Shown in pieces: positions 1-8,824 of a stretch of DNA of 46,533 nt. The stretch is from Granulicella sp. (lineage in GTDB: Bacteria > Acidobacteriota > Terriglobia > Terriglobales > Acidobacteriaceae), in contig DAHWNL010000031.1 in the NCBI GenBank assembly GCA_027339965.1, positions 1 through 46,533 of the forward strand. Direction: 5' to 3'. The translations under genes were made by a program, and so were the position numbers. Every line of letters begins with the position of its first letter. Within the stretch, counting starts at the first letter, position 1. The notes under the pieces are model-generated. The model searched no databases, was not told the origin of the DNA, and worked only from the letters and a program-made list of their open reading frames with translations.

Positions 1-139
1 AATCGTCGCGCCACCAAGAACCATCTTGACCGCCCGTCGGCGCCGCTCATTCAGCACAGCCTCAGGCAACTTCCTTCCGTCGCATGAACTCTTGCCATGT
101 TAGACGCTGTAATAACGCATTCGTTTCATGCCGGATCAG
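1..139 (-). mobile_element. Probable left end and frameshifted 5' transposase remnant of an IS630-family element, running off the window
   Basis: The minus strand reads TA|CTGATCCGGCATGAAACG.., then a frame DGRKLPEAVLNERRRRAVKMVLGGATI resembling IS630 transposase N-termini. The nearby ATG is out of frame with it. A TA target dinucleotide lies at 140-141. Confidence 0.55.
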
Positions 140-3100
140 TAAGAACTACCTGCTTCACCTGATGTAGTGAGCCCGCCCTCGCTACTCGTCAGCTGGTACA
201 CCATATCGCCTATAAATCGCCGAAAGGACTCGTTCTCGACAAACTGCTTGTATACCTGGGTGTCGTCTTTCAAAAGATGCTGCATGACCTTGCCAAGGGC
301 TTCATCATGGGCCATCCGTGCTGTGTGCGGAGTGTTTTCCTTGGCACTTTGGTATGCCGCATCGGCTGCGACCTTGGGCGCGATGTCATCTCGGATGCGC
401 TTTGCGACTCGGTCCGAGTCGGTGAATAGTGTGCCGAATTGCTCATTGAATGTTTTCAGAATGTTGCTTAGGCGGTCTAATTCCGGTTCGCCCTTGTGGC
501 CACCACCGTCAGCCGGAGCTGGCTCAATTTCCGCATCAGTGTCCGCTAATGCAATATCCATCGCGGACTTCTTCTCGACCCGATAGCTGTCCATGTCAAT
601 AGCTTCAAGAATCCCCTGAGAGAGATCCTCTTCTTTGGGCGCTGGCAACTTTGGCGTCAGTAGGTTGAGGAAGATGGAAAGCTTTTCCCACTCCGCGTTG
701 GTATAGGGGATCACTGAAGAAAGAAAGCTGTAGGTACGACAATAGGCTTTGGCTTTCCCCTTGAAGTCGACTTGTGCGTCTTCATCCAGAGTGCCCACAT
801 AGACCGCAACGCACGCGTCGAGGATCGGATCGAGCTTGTCCCGTTCCGCTCCGCTCAGAAAAAGTTCCACGACCTGCTGTATCTGTGCGGACGAGTAAAC
901 CTGGGCACCGTCGAGCGACGCTTTCAGGTCATGCAGCTTGTTCGGGTCGGTCTCTTCCGCAAGAAGTGTCGTGCGGTAGTAGTCCTGAAAGGCATAGGTG
1001 ATCGCTTCGCTGTTATTCTGGAAGTCCAGAACAAAGCAGTCGTACTTTTGCGGATGAGCGCGATTCAACCGCGAGAGCGTCTGAACGGCCTTGATGCCGG
1101 AAAGTGCTTTATCTACATACATGGTGTGGAGCAGGGGCTCATCGTAGCCGGTTTGAAATTTATCGGCGCAGATTAGAAAACGGTGTGGATCGCTCTTGAT
1201 CTTCTCCGCAATGTCACCGCTGGGAAACCCGTTTAGGGATGACTCGCTTACCTTCGCGCCTCCGTACTCGTGCTCGCCAGAGAAGGCTACGATGGCCTGG
1301 TAGGGGCTCTTCCGCTCAATCAGGTAGTCCTTGAAGGCGTGGAAGTATTGGATGGCTCGCTCGATGCCGCTGGTCACGACCATCGCACGCGCCTGCCCGC
1401 CGATCTTCCCAGCCGTCATCACTTGCTCATGGAAGTGATCCACCATGATCTCTGCCTTCAGACGGATCGCGTGGTCATGGCTTTCCACGTAGCGACGCAG
1501 CTTCTTCTTCGCTCTCTTTGTGTCGAACTCCGGGTCGTCGTCCGTCTTCTTGATGAGCTTGTAGTAGCTGTTGACTGGCGTGTAGGCCTTGAGCACATCG
1601 AGGATGAAGCGCTCTTCGATGGCCTGCTTCATCGTGTAGGAGTGGAAGGGGCGATGCTTCACCTTGCCCTCCGCATCCGCTGGCAGCGGGATACCGAACA
1701 TCTCCAGCGTCTTCGGCTTGGGGGTTGCCGTGAACGCAAAATAGCTGGCGTTCTTCAACATCTTGCGCGCTGCCATGCGCTTTTCGAGCGCATCGTTCAC
1801 CGCATCCTCCGGGTCGGCCCCATCATCCTTTGCCTTCGAGGTGAGCGCCTCGCTCATGGCGGCAGAGGTCTTACCGCCCTGGCTCGAATGGGCCTCATCG
1901 ATGACAATGGCAAACGCCTTGTCCGCTTCCGTGGCGATCTCGTCCAGGATGAACGGAAACTTCTGCACCGTAGAAACGATGATCTTCCTGCCTTGCTCGA
2001 TGAACTTCCGCAGGTCGCCGGAGTGTTCCGCATGGCCTACCGTTGCGCCCACCTGCATAAACTGCTTGATTGTCTTTTGGATTTGGTCATCCAGGATACG
2101 CCGATCCGTGACGACGATGACCGAATCGAAGACTTCTTTGTCATTGCGCTTGAGCCCAATCAGTTGATGAGAAAGCCATGCAATGGAGTTTGATTTTCCG
2201 CTCCCCGCAGAATGCTGCAGCAAGTAGCGCTTGCCCTCTCCATTCGCTCGCACATCGGCCAACGCTTTGCGCACCAGGTCTAGCTGGTGATAGCGCGGCC
2301 AAACTTGCTTGCGCCGCTTTCTTCCAGTCTTCGGGGCTTTCTCTTCGACAATCTGAGCGTAGTTCTCGAGAATATTCGTCAATCCAGCCGGAGTCAGAAC
2401 CTCTTTCCAGAGATAGTCCGTCTTCAGTCCGTTGGGATTCGGTGGATTTCCCGCGCCATCGTTATAGCCCTTATTGAAGGGCAGAAACCACGAAGCCTTG
2501 CCCTTCAGCTCCGGGCACATGCGCACTTCACTGTCGTCCACAGCAAAGTGGACAACGCAGCGGCCAAACTCGAAGAGCCGTTCGCGCGGATCGCGGTCAC
2601 GGCGGTACTGCTCAATGGCGTCTTCGATCGTCTGCTTCGTCAGGCTGTTTTTCAACTCAAAGGTAGCGATGGGCAGGCCATTGATGAACAGGCAGAGGTC
2701 GAGCGCGCGCCGCGTCTCATCCATACTGTAGGCCAACTGGCGCGTGATAGAGAAGCGGTTCTTCGCGTGCAGCGACTCGGCCTTCGCATTGCCAGGAGAG
2801 GGCGTCCCGTAGAACAGGTCAAAGTGCAGCGGCCCGTCGTCCACTCCCTTGCGCAGCACATCAATCACGCCGCGCTTGCCCACTTCGCTGGAGATACGCG
2901 TCAGGAACTTCACCCGCTGGAAGTCCTTCGGGTCTTCGGTCATGCTCAACCTGCGGAAGGCTTCAGGCTGGGTGGCACTGAGAAAAGCGATGAGCTGCGG
3001 CACATCGATCGCCACTGCGCGGTCATAGTCCTTCGCGCTTCCGGCAAAGTAGCCCGTTCCAGAAGCCTCTGGCCTCTCGGCCGCGGTACCGGGGGCGATC

Positions 3101-3174
3101 GCCAAACCGTCGACGCCCGTCATGTGGCGCACGATGAGCGTTTCCAAGCCAGCTTCGGAGGTGTTCGTCGGCAT
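136..3174 (-). CDS. hsdR: Type I restriction enzyme, restriction (R) subunit
   Basis: 1012 aa with nuclease motif LFINGLPIATFELKN, Walker A HSAGSGKS, DEAH box, AFTATP and QTLSRLNR helicase motifs. Confidence 0.96.
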   Translation of the reverse strand: MPTNTSEAGLETLIVRHMTGVDGLAIAPGTAAERPEASGTGYFAGSAKDYDRAVAIDVPQLIAFLSATQPEAFRRLSMTEDPKDFQRVKFLTRISSEVGKRGVIDVLRKGVDDGPLHFDLFYGTPSPGNAKAESLHAKNRFSITRQLAYSMDETRRALDLCLFINGLPIATFELKNSLTKQTIEDAIEQYRRDRDPRERLFEFGRCVVHFAVDDSEVRMCPELKGKASWFLPFNKGYNDGAGNPPNPNGLKTDYLWKEVLTPAGLTNILENYAQIVEEKAPKTGRKRRKQVWPRYHQLDLVRKALADVRANGEGKRYLLQHSAGSGKSNSIAWLSHQLIGLKRNDKEVFDSVIVVTDRRILDDQIQKTIKQFMQVGATVGHAEHSGDLRKFIEQGRKIIVSTVQKFPFILDEIATEADKAFAIVIDEAHSSQGGKTSAAMSEALTSKAKDDGADPEDAVNDALEKRMAARKMLKNASYFAFTATPKPKTLEMFGIPLPADAEGKVKHRPFHSYTMKQAIEERFILDVLKAYTPVNSYYKLIKKTDDDPEFDTKRAKKKLRRYVESHDHAIRLKAEIMVDHFHEQVMTAGKIGGQARAMVVTSGIERAIQYFHAFKDYLIERKSPYQAIVAFSGEHEYGGAKVSESSLNGFPSGDIAEKIKSDPHRFLICADKFQTGYDEPLLHTMYVDKALSGIKAVQTLSRLNRAHPQKYDCFVLDFQNNSEAITYAFQDYYRTTLLAEETDPNKLHDLKASLDGAQVYSSAQIQQVVELFLSGAERDKLDPILDACVAVYVGTLDEDAQVDFKGKAKAYCRTYSFLSSVIPYTNAEWEKLSIFLNLLTPKLPAPKEEDLSQGILEAIDMDSYRVEKKSAMDIALADTDAEIEPAPADGGGHKGEPELDRLSNILKTFNEQFGTLFTDSDRVAKRIRDDIAPKVAADAAYQSAKENTPHTARMAHDEALGKVMQHLLKDDTQVYKQFVENESFRRFIGDMVYQLTSSEGGLTTSGEAGSSY

Positions 3175-3372
3175 TCGTTCTCCCTGTCAACTACCCATCA
3201 ACTAAAACGCGCCAAGAATTCGGCCTGGAATCAACATCCTGCGAAACGTAGCGCCCCGAATCGGGCAAGCACATCGAGTACGCATCGAATCCAGGCGAAC
3301 CCTCGTTGAATGTCCGCAGAAGTGCTTGTTTCCGACTGCATTGTGCCCTGAGCATAGATCTTGCGGCAATGC

Positions 3373-4422
3373 CTACTGGACGAGAGGCGGACTCAGCCAT
3401 TTCTTTTCTTGCAATACCTGAAGCGCGAGCCTTATCTGTCGTTCCGTGAACTGCTTTTTGCGCTCATTCCACGCATACGTTCTGCTGATAATCTCCTGGG
3501 CACCGCGTGGCGGGTTCGCTTTGGCCACCCAATGCACCGTGGCCAGCAGTTCCATCCCGAAGGGAGTCTCAAAGCCATCCACCAAGTCTGCAACCCGGCG
3601 TATCCGTTCGCTGGTGCCGGAATTCTCTAGAATCACCCGTTCGGCATCTTCCACCGCGCCCGGAACCAATTGCAGCTCCTTCTCGGGCGAATCACCTCCG
3701 TCCGCATAACCGCTCAGATAATATCCTTCGACAGCTATCAAAACATGGCGCAGATTCTCCGCATACGGTCCGTAGAGCGCCTGGACAAATTTCAAGCGCA
3801 GGGGTTCACCGGCCTCCTGCATGAAATACATCAGTTTGTGGACTTCCAACAGGCTTACGGCTGGGTCGAGCAAGCCATCCAGATAGCGGCGTATCAGGCC
3901 CACCAGCGCGGCTCGACCAGTCGTCATTTTGGGCGGTTGCGCGGTCGAGGCCACCTGACTGGCCACCAACGGGTTCGGTTCGTAGACCAAAACCTCCACA
4001 TCGTCGAGGGTCTTCAATGCCTGCTCAATGCGCGGGCGCACCTGTTTCCAGTCCAGCCCTCCCAGGCCCGCGCCGAGCGGCGGAATCGCAATAGAACGAA
4101 TTCCATGCGCTTGAATCTCGTGTCGCAATGCCGCCAAGCCGGCTTCGATATCCTCGATTCGGCTCTTGCCGCGCCAGTGTCTCTTGGTCGGGAAGTTGAT
4201 GATGAATTTAGGGCCGGTCACCCAAGCTGTCGGAAAAACAAACATCCGTCCCGGCTGCAACTCCCCGCGCTCGCAGGCCGCCTCATAGGCTTTGAAGTTA
4301 GCCGGGAACTTCTCCTTGAATTGCAGTGCGATGCCGCGTCCCATCACGCCAACGCAGTTCACCGTGTTCACCAGTGCTTCCGCATTCGAGTCCAGAATGT
4401 TCCCCGTTGTAAATTCCATCAT
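3373..4422 (-). CDS. darG: DarG antitoxin, macrodomain DNA ADP-ribosyl glycohydrolase with C-terminal extension
   Basis: 349 aa. Macrodomain motifs VNTVNCVGVMGRGIALQFK, INFPTKRHWR and IPPLGAGLGGL; C-terminal HKLMYFMQE..YGPY..GFETPFGMELLATVHW typical of DarG. GGAGG RBS; directly downstream of darT. Confidence 0.93.
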   Translation of the reverse strand: MMEFTTGNILDSNAEALVNTVNCVGVMGRGIALQFKEKFPANFKAYEAACERGELQPGRMFVFPTAWVTGPKFIINFPTKRHWRGKSRIEDIEAGLAALRHEIQAHGIRSIAIPPLGAGLGGLDWKQVRPRIEQALKTLDDVEVLVYEPNPLVASQVASTAQPPKMTTGRAALVGLIRRYLDGLLDPAVSLLEVHKLMYFMQEAGEPLRLKFVQALYGPYAENLRHVLIAVEGYYLSGYADGGDSPEKELQLVPGAVEDAERVILENSGTSERIRRVADLVDGFETPFGMELLATVHWVAKANPPRGAQEIISRTYAWNERKKQFTERQIRLALQVLQEKKWLSPPLVQ

Positions 4423-5086
4423 GGCCTTTGCCTCCGGCGGCTTGGTAGTACCAATCCCGCCTGACTTCGATGATCGGCTGGTGAGCGGCCTGAGCGATGG
4501 CCGCGCCTGTCCTTGGCCCCATTCCGTTCGTCATCACACCAATACGGTCAACCAACTCCCAGGGAACCGCGCGTTCAACAAGGAACTCGGCCTGCTTGCC
4601 GTCCATCAGTGCGCCAGCCCATTGTGTGGCATCTACGGCCTGCCAGTTCACCTCATCCAGGCTGCGCAGATCGTTCCGGTCTTCAAAATAGCGTCCGCCC
4701 GCGTTCGACAGCGTGAACGCCCAGCGCAAACCTTCGGCTTGCGCCCATTCTACAACCCGGTGCAGATCAAATTCCAGATGAACAACAGCGTCTTGCCCGC
4801 CCTGGTACGCCAAATCCGGGTGGTTGCCCCGATAGATCAAATAGAGCATCACCGACCGGGGGCAGAAGTAGAATGGAACGCAATCCCCTACGTGCAATCC
4901 CGGCCTGCTCTCCAACGGAAGCGTCAGCCTCCGCGTCTTGATGTGGCCCATGCCAATTGTCGTGCCCCCGCCTACCCGCCGCGCAATCACCGCATCGCAC
5001 AGCAATGCCCCATCCGCCACAATCGAGGTCAGTTTCTCCAGATGGACAATGTGGTAGAGCTTCGGGTTGGCGGGCGGCTGGCTCAC
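4298..5086 (-). CDS. darT: DarT toxin, DUF4433 DNA ADP-ribosyltransferase (C-terminally extended)
   Basis: Motifs LYHIVH, VPFYFCPRSVMLY, AFTLSNA and KQAEFLV (catalytic Glu), then RDWYY. GTG start at 5086 chosen for its GGAGG RBS. The frame runs 48 codons past WYY. Confidence 0.9.
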   Translation of the reverse strand: MSQPPANPKLYHIVHLEKLTSIVADGALLCDAVIARRVGGGTTIGMGHIKTRRLTLPLESRPGLHVGDCVPFYFCPRSVMLYLIYRGNHPDLAYQGGQDAVVHLEFDLHRVVEWAQAEGLRWAFTLSNAGGRYFEDRNDLRSLDEVNWQAVDATQWAGALMDGKQAEFLVERAVPWELVDRIGVMTNGMGPRTGAAIAQAAHQPIIEVRRDWYYQAAGGKGHDGIYNGEHSGLECGSTGEHGELRWRDGTRHRTAIQGEVPG

Positions 5087-5168
5087 GCTTCGACCTCCGC
5101 CGTCTTCTCCAGCGATTTGCATAGCTCATCGATCCGGCTCGCCAGGTATTTCGCTGTGGATGGCGTCG

Positions 5169-6599
5169 TCATCCCACTGGCTCCGCGATCTCATCTTCAA
5201 TCATCTCGCAGTCGTCTTCTACGAGTCCTTCTGGCTCGATGGTCTGTTCTTCAACCGGCAACTTCGCCGCGGCCTCGCGCACATCGAGCTTGCCGGTGAC
5301 GACATCGGCGATGAGGCGTGTACGGTATTCGCGGAGAAGGTCCATTTCGCGTTCAAGGCGGGAAATGGCGGTGAGTATAGGAGCGCAATCTGCATCGATT
5401 CGGTGGACAATGTCCATCTGTTCATTCGTTGGAGGAAGCAGAATACGCCATGATTTAATATGGCGTTGAGAAATCTTAGGCATTGTCCCGCTTGAGCCTC
5501 TTGCATCTTGCTCAATTTGCGCGCGACCTGCTCGTGATAGAAGTTGATATACCAAAAACTCAGGAACAATTTCGCTGTCTCTGACTCGGAGACGATAGAT
5601 CAGATCGCAAAGGATCGTCCTATCTCGTGCATTGCGCACAATGCAGACATCGCCTACTCGATCCCGCGTATTAGATCTCGTAAGAAGGATATCTCCATCG
5701 TGGATCTCAATGCCGGACGGAATCGTGGCCTTTCGCGACACAGGCTTGATCTCTGAGGGATTAAATGTGCCGCGTCGCACAGAAGAAAGAGTCAGAACGG
5801 TCCATTGGTCCAATGCAATTTCTCCCTCAGCTCCGACTGGACTCCAGCCCTGTTCGACTCCCCTAAGTAAGCGACCAAAGAGAGGCATCTCCCAATGCTG
5901 CGGAATGTCGCCGAGCCAGGGGATACCGGAGGGTTTGAGGGGGACGGAGGGATCGAGGCCGCGAGTGACGGCGCGGTGAATGATGGCTTGCTTCTGCTCA
6001 TTGAGCAGCGCAATCACCTTCCGCTTCGCCCGAATCGCCCGCTCCAGCCGCCCATTCGCCCAATCCAGAAACCGCACAATCGCATCCTGCTCGACTACGG
6101 GTGGGATGTGCATCGGCGCATCAAGAAAGGAAATGTCGGTTAGCTGAAGTCTGGAAATCCAGACCCCCTTCGACCTGACCTTAAGTTCCCAATTGAACGA
6201 CGATGAACGGGCAACTTCGTGAATGAATGCAGGAAGCATCGGCGCATCTTCTCGGATGCGGTAGACTCCATAGGCCGATCTAATGATGCCGTGATGCTTT
6301 GAAACGCCAAGCCCGCCTGCCCACGCCCAAAGGCTATTGATGACTAAATCACCTGGCCAGCACAATTTGTAACCGAGATACGATTCCGCCTTGAACATCG
6401 TCACGTTTGCTGTCTTGCGGGGCACGATTCCACGAGCCGATGACACAGTCAAAAGTTCCTCTTGACCTGTCTTTGAGCGAATATCAACGCGCTGAAAAAT
6501 TGATTTTGCGCGCTTCGCTTCCCAATGCACAGGCACCTTCCCGAGCCAGGGAAGGCCAGACTCCTTGTACTCCGCATACGGATTGAGGTCGGCGATCAT
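5169..6599 (-). CDS. hsdS: Type I R-M specificity (S) subunit
   Basis: Two target-recognition domains with repeated conserved blocks (KESGLPWLGKVPVHW / KPSGIPWLGDIPQHW; PPVVEQ / PPTNEQ; EQKQAIIHRAVTRG / EYRTRLIADVVTGK). ATG at 6599 overlaps the upstream stop (ATGA). Confidence 0.94.
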   Translation of the reverse strand: MIADLNPYAEYKESGLPWLGKVPVHWEAKRAKSIFQRVDIRSKTGQEELLTVSSARGIVPRKTANVTMFKAESYLGYKLCWPGDLVINSLWAWAGGLGVSKHHGIIRSAYGVYRIREDAPMLPAFIHEVARSSSFNWELKVRSKGVWISRLQLTDISFLDAPMHIPPVVEQDAIVRFLDWANGRLERAIRAKRKVIALLNEQKQAIIHRAVTRGLDPSVPLKPSGIPWLGDIPQHWEMPLFGRLLRGVEQGWSPVGAEGEIALDQWTVLTLSSVRRGTFNPSEIKPVSRKATIPSGIEIHDGDILLTRSNTRDRVGDVCIVRNARDRTILCDLIYRLRVRDSEIVPEFLVYQLLSRAGRAQIEQDARGSSGTMPKISQRHIKSWRILLPPTNEQMDIVHRIDADCAPILTAISRLEREMDLLREYRTRLIADVVTGKLDVREAAAKLPVEEQTIEPEGLVEDDCEMIEDEIAEPVG

Positions 6600-8824
6600 T
6601 TTCCAAGCACCTGTCGAAACCACAGCAACGCGGCCTCGCCGTCCTTACGCGTAACCTCGTCTACGGTCCGGCTGTGGCGGATTCCATTACGGAGCTCAGC
6701 GAGTTGGTCGAACCGTTTCGCCAATGTCTCTTTGTTGGCAAAGCGCGTTTCAAAAAACGGCCAGGTCGCTTTGCTCAAGATTGAATCCTGGACCTCGCGC
6801 AGATCGGCATATTCAAGTCTGCCTGCCAGCGTCTGGTAGTAGTTTTGATCGAGCGCAGCATTCTTCTTTGCGGCAGCCTGGAGCCGCTCATCGATCTTCT
6901 GAAGCACGTGAGACGGAAGTTGAGAGGCGACACCCCCTAAGGCTTCGTCAATGATTCGGCGCAAGGTCAACTCCACGGCCTCCACTTGAGCGTCTAGTTC
7001 GCGCAGCTGGGGAGGAAGGTCCAGACGCTCCTTGATCAGGAGATCTTCAATCGCTTCTTGAAGCGTTCGCTGCCGCTCGGCAAGGAACGCTTCGAAGTCG
7101 TCCGAACCAAAAGGGTTTCGCAGAAGGATATTGAATGCCGCGTGAGAAATGAAATGCGATTCCAGGATCGCCCGTACTGCTGCTTCCCCATTGGCTGAAA
7201 TTAGCTCCGGAAGATACCCGTTCGGCAGGCGGTCACTGATAACCTTGCGATTCGTGTCTGCTGTGAGAGGCGTCCTGTTCAGAATTGAGTCTATCGATGT
7301 CGCGAGCTGGCGTCCTTTGCCCCAACTCTTGGGAACAATATGATGGTCATCGAGATCGTCAAACTGCGGAACCGTGCCGGCCATCCAGTCACGGGCGCCG
7401 CTTAGAACGAGTAGGTTGAAGATGCCGTTATAGACCGAGCTGCCCCGCTTGGTCTCCTTCCGTAGATCGAGTGACTTGAAACGTTCGCGAAACTCGCGGA
7501 TCAGCGTCGGCTCGGCTATGTCAGCTTCGAACCATCCCTTCACATCCAAATAATCGCGCGCAGTCGTTGATTCCACTGATCCAGAGTATCGGTTGGTAAA
7601 CACACTTGCCCAATACCAGTGGCGGATCTTCCGCTGAGCGTCAAGCTGGCGAATCGCGGGAAGCAACTGTGCAGAATTCTGAAGCGCTGCGAAGGCTGGG
7701 AGGATTGAGATATATGGCAAATACTGTGACGATATGGCACCGAACTCCTGCGGATGGCGGAGCAATTCAATAGCCCGCTCCAGCGCTTCGACCGACTCAT
7801 CCCACTGCTTGTCGAACTCCGAAACGCCTGAAATCAAAATCTCCTTGCGGAGTGATCCATCCGCCTCGCGAACCATCTTCGCTTGACCTGGTAAGAGGTA
7901 GTAGAGATATTTCGGTGAGCAGTATGCTTGCCGTAGTATGGACATTACCTGGAGGATGTAGACGTTCATCCGGTCGGTTTCTACAAAGTCAAGTCGCGGA
8001 GCTGCCTCACGCCACAGGAACTTGAGCTGTAGGCCCTTCGGCTTAAGAAGTGCATTGATGAGGTCAAAAACGTCGAGACGAATCCCCCTACTGTTGATCT
8101 GGGTAAAGATGTCGCAAACCTTGTCAAGTTCCAGTTCCTGATCGAGTTCGATGTACGAAATTTGAAACTGTTGGGTGATTTCTTCAAGATGTTTGTCAAA
8201 CAGCACAGCATTCTCAGCGTGCCGATGAGCGGCCTCAGCGCCCGTTGCGTCTCCAGCGCTCAATGCCGAAGCCTCTTTGGACTTCCAGTACGCCTCGTAG
8301 CCCTGCGACCACCTCACTACAGCCCGGTCGCCACGGCCTATAACGGCGAGGGGAAACTTGTGACTCTTGAATTGCGCTGATTCTGTCTCTAACGTCCTCT
8401 CGCCGGCGCGTGTCCAGTCGTACTCGAATGCGTCGTCGTAAGCCTCCTCCATGAAGCGATCAACGCGAATGAAATAAAGATATCGATTCGCGCGGCCGGG
8501 TGCCGGCTTATTGGGCGCCATGAATGCGTAATACATTGCCGTTAGCCGCTGCTGTCCGTCCAGCACAATATGCTCGGGAACGCTTTGTCCCTCGAAGCCA
8601 TAAATTGGCTCACATGCGAGAGACTCAAAGTTTTCCTTCTTGCCTTTCCAGAGCAAAAGGCTACCGATGAAATAGTCGAGGAAAATTGAGCGCATGAGGT
8701 CGCTAATATCCCCAGGCTTCCATTCAAACTCGCGTTGGAAATCTGGAATGACAAAACGACCTTCGCGGATTCTGTTCACGAGGACCATTAGGCTGACATA
8801 ATCCGGCTTCTGTGCGTTCTTCAT
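6596..8824 (-). CDS. DUF262 + HNH (DUF1524-like) GmrSD-type protein with a C-terminal Swt1-like HEPN domain
   Basis: DUF262 motifs IPDFQREFEW, LDGQQRLT and IFTQINSRG; HNH-type DDHHIVPKS..LNRTPLTADTN; ~140-aa helical tail containing ELTLRRII, LEYADLRE, W.FF...F and RNGIRH (RxxxxH). Confidence 0.85.
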   Translation of the reverse strand: MKNAQKPDYVSLMVLVNRIREGRFVIPDFQREFEWKPGDISDLMRSIFLDYFIGSLLLWKGKKENFESLACEPIYGFEGQSVPEHIVLDGQQRLTAMYYAFMAPNKPAPGRANRYLYFIRVDRFMEEAYDDAFEYDWTRAGERTLETESAQFKSHKFPLAVIGRGDRAVVRWSQGYEAYWKSKEASALSAGDATGAEAAHRHAENAVLFDKHLEEITQQFQISYIELDQELELDKVCDIFTQINSRGIRLDVFDLINALLKPKGLQLKFLWREAAPRLDFVETDRMNVYILQVMSILRQAYCSPKYLYYLLPGQAKMVREADGSLRKEILISGVSEFDKQWDESVEALERAIELLRHPQEFGAISSQYLPYISILPAFAALQNSAQLLPAIRQLDAQRKIRHWYWASVFTNRYSGSVESTTARDYLDVKGWFEADIAEPTLIREFRERFKSLDLRKETKRGSSVYNGIFNLLVLSGARDWMAGTVPQFDDLDDHHIVPKSWGKGRQLATSIDSILNRTPLTADTNRKVISDRLPNGYLPELISANGEAAVRAILESHFISHAAFNILLRNPFGSDDFEAFLAERQRTLQEAIEDLLIKERLDLPPQLRELDAQVEAVELTLRRIIDEALGGVASQLPSHVLQKIDERLQAAAKKNAALDQNYYQTLAGRLEYADLREVQDSILSKATWPFFETRFANKETLAKRFDQLAELRNGIRHSRTVDEVTRKDGEAALLWFRQVLGK

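Noticed and set aside
3191..3400. 69-aa ORF between darG and hsdR
   Set aside because: No motif or convincing RBS and it overlaps the darG end; it cannot be supported as a gene.
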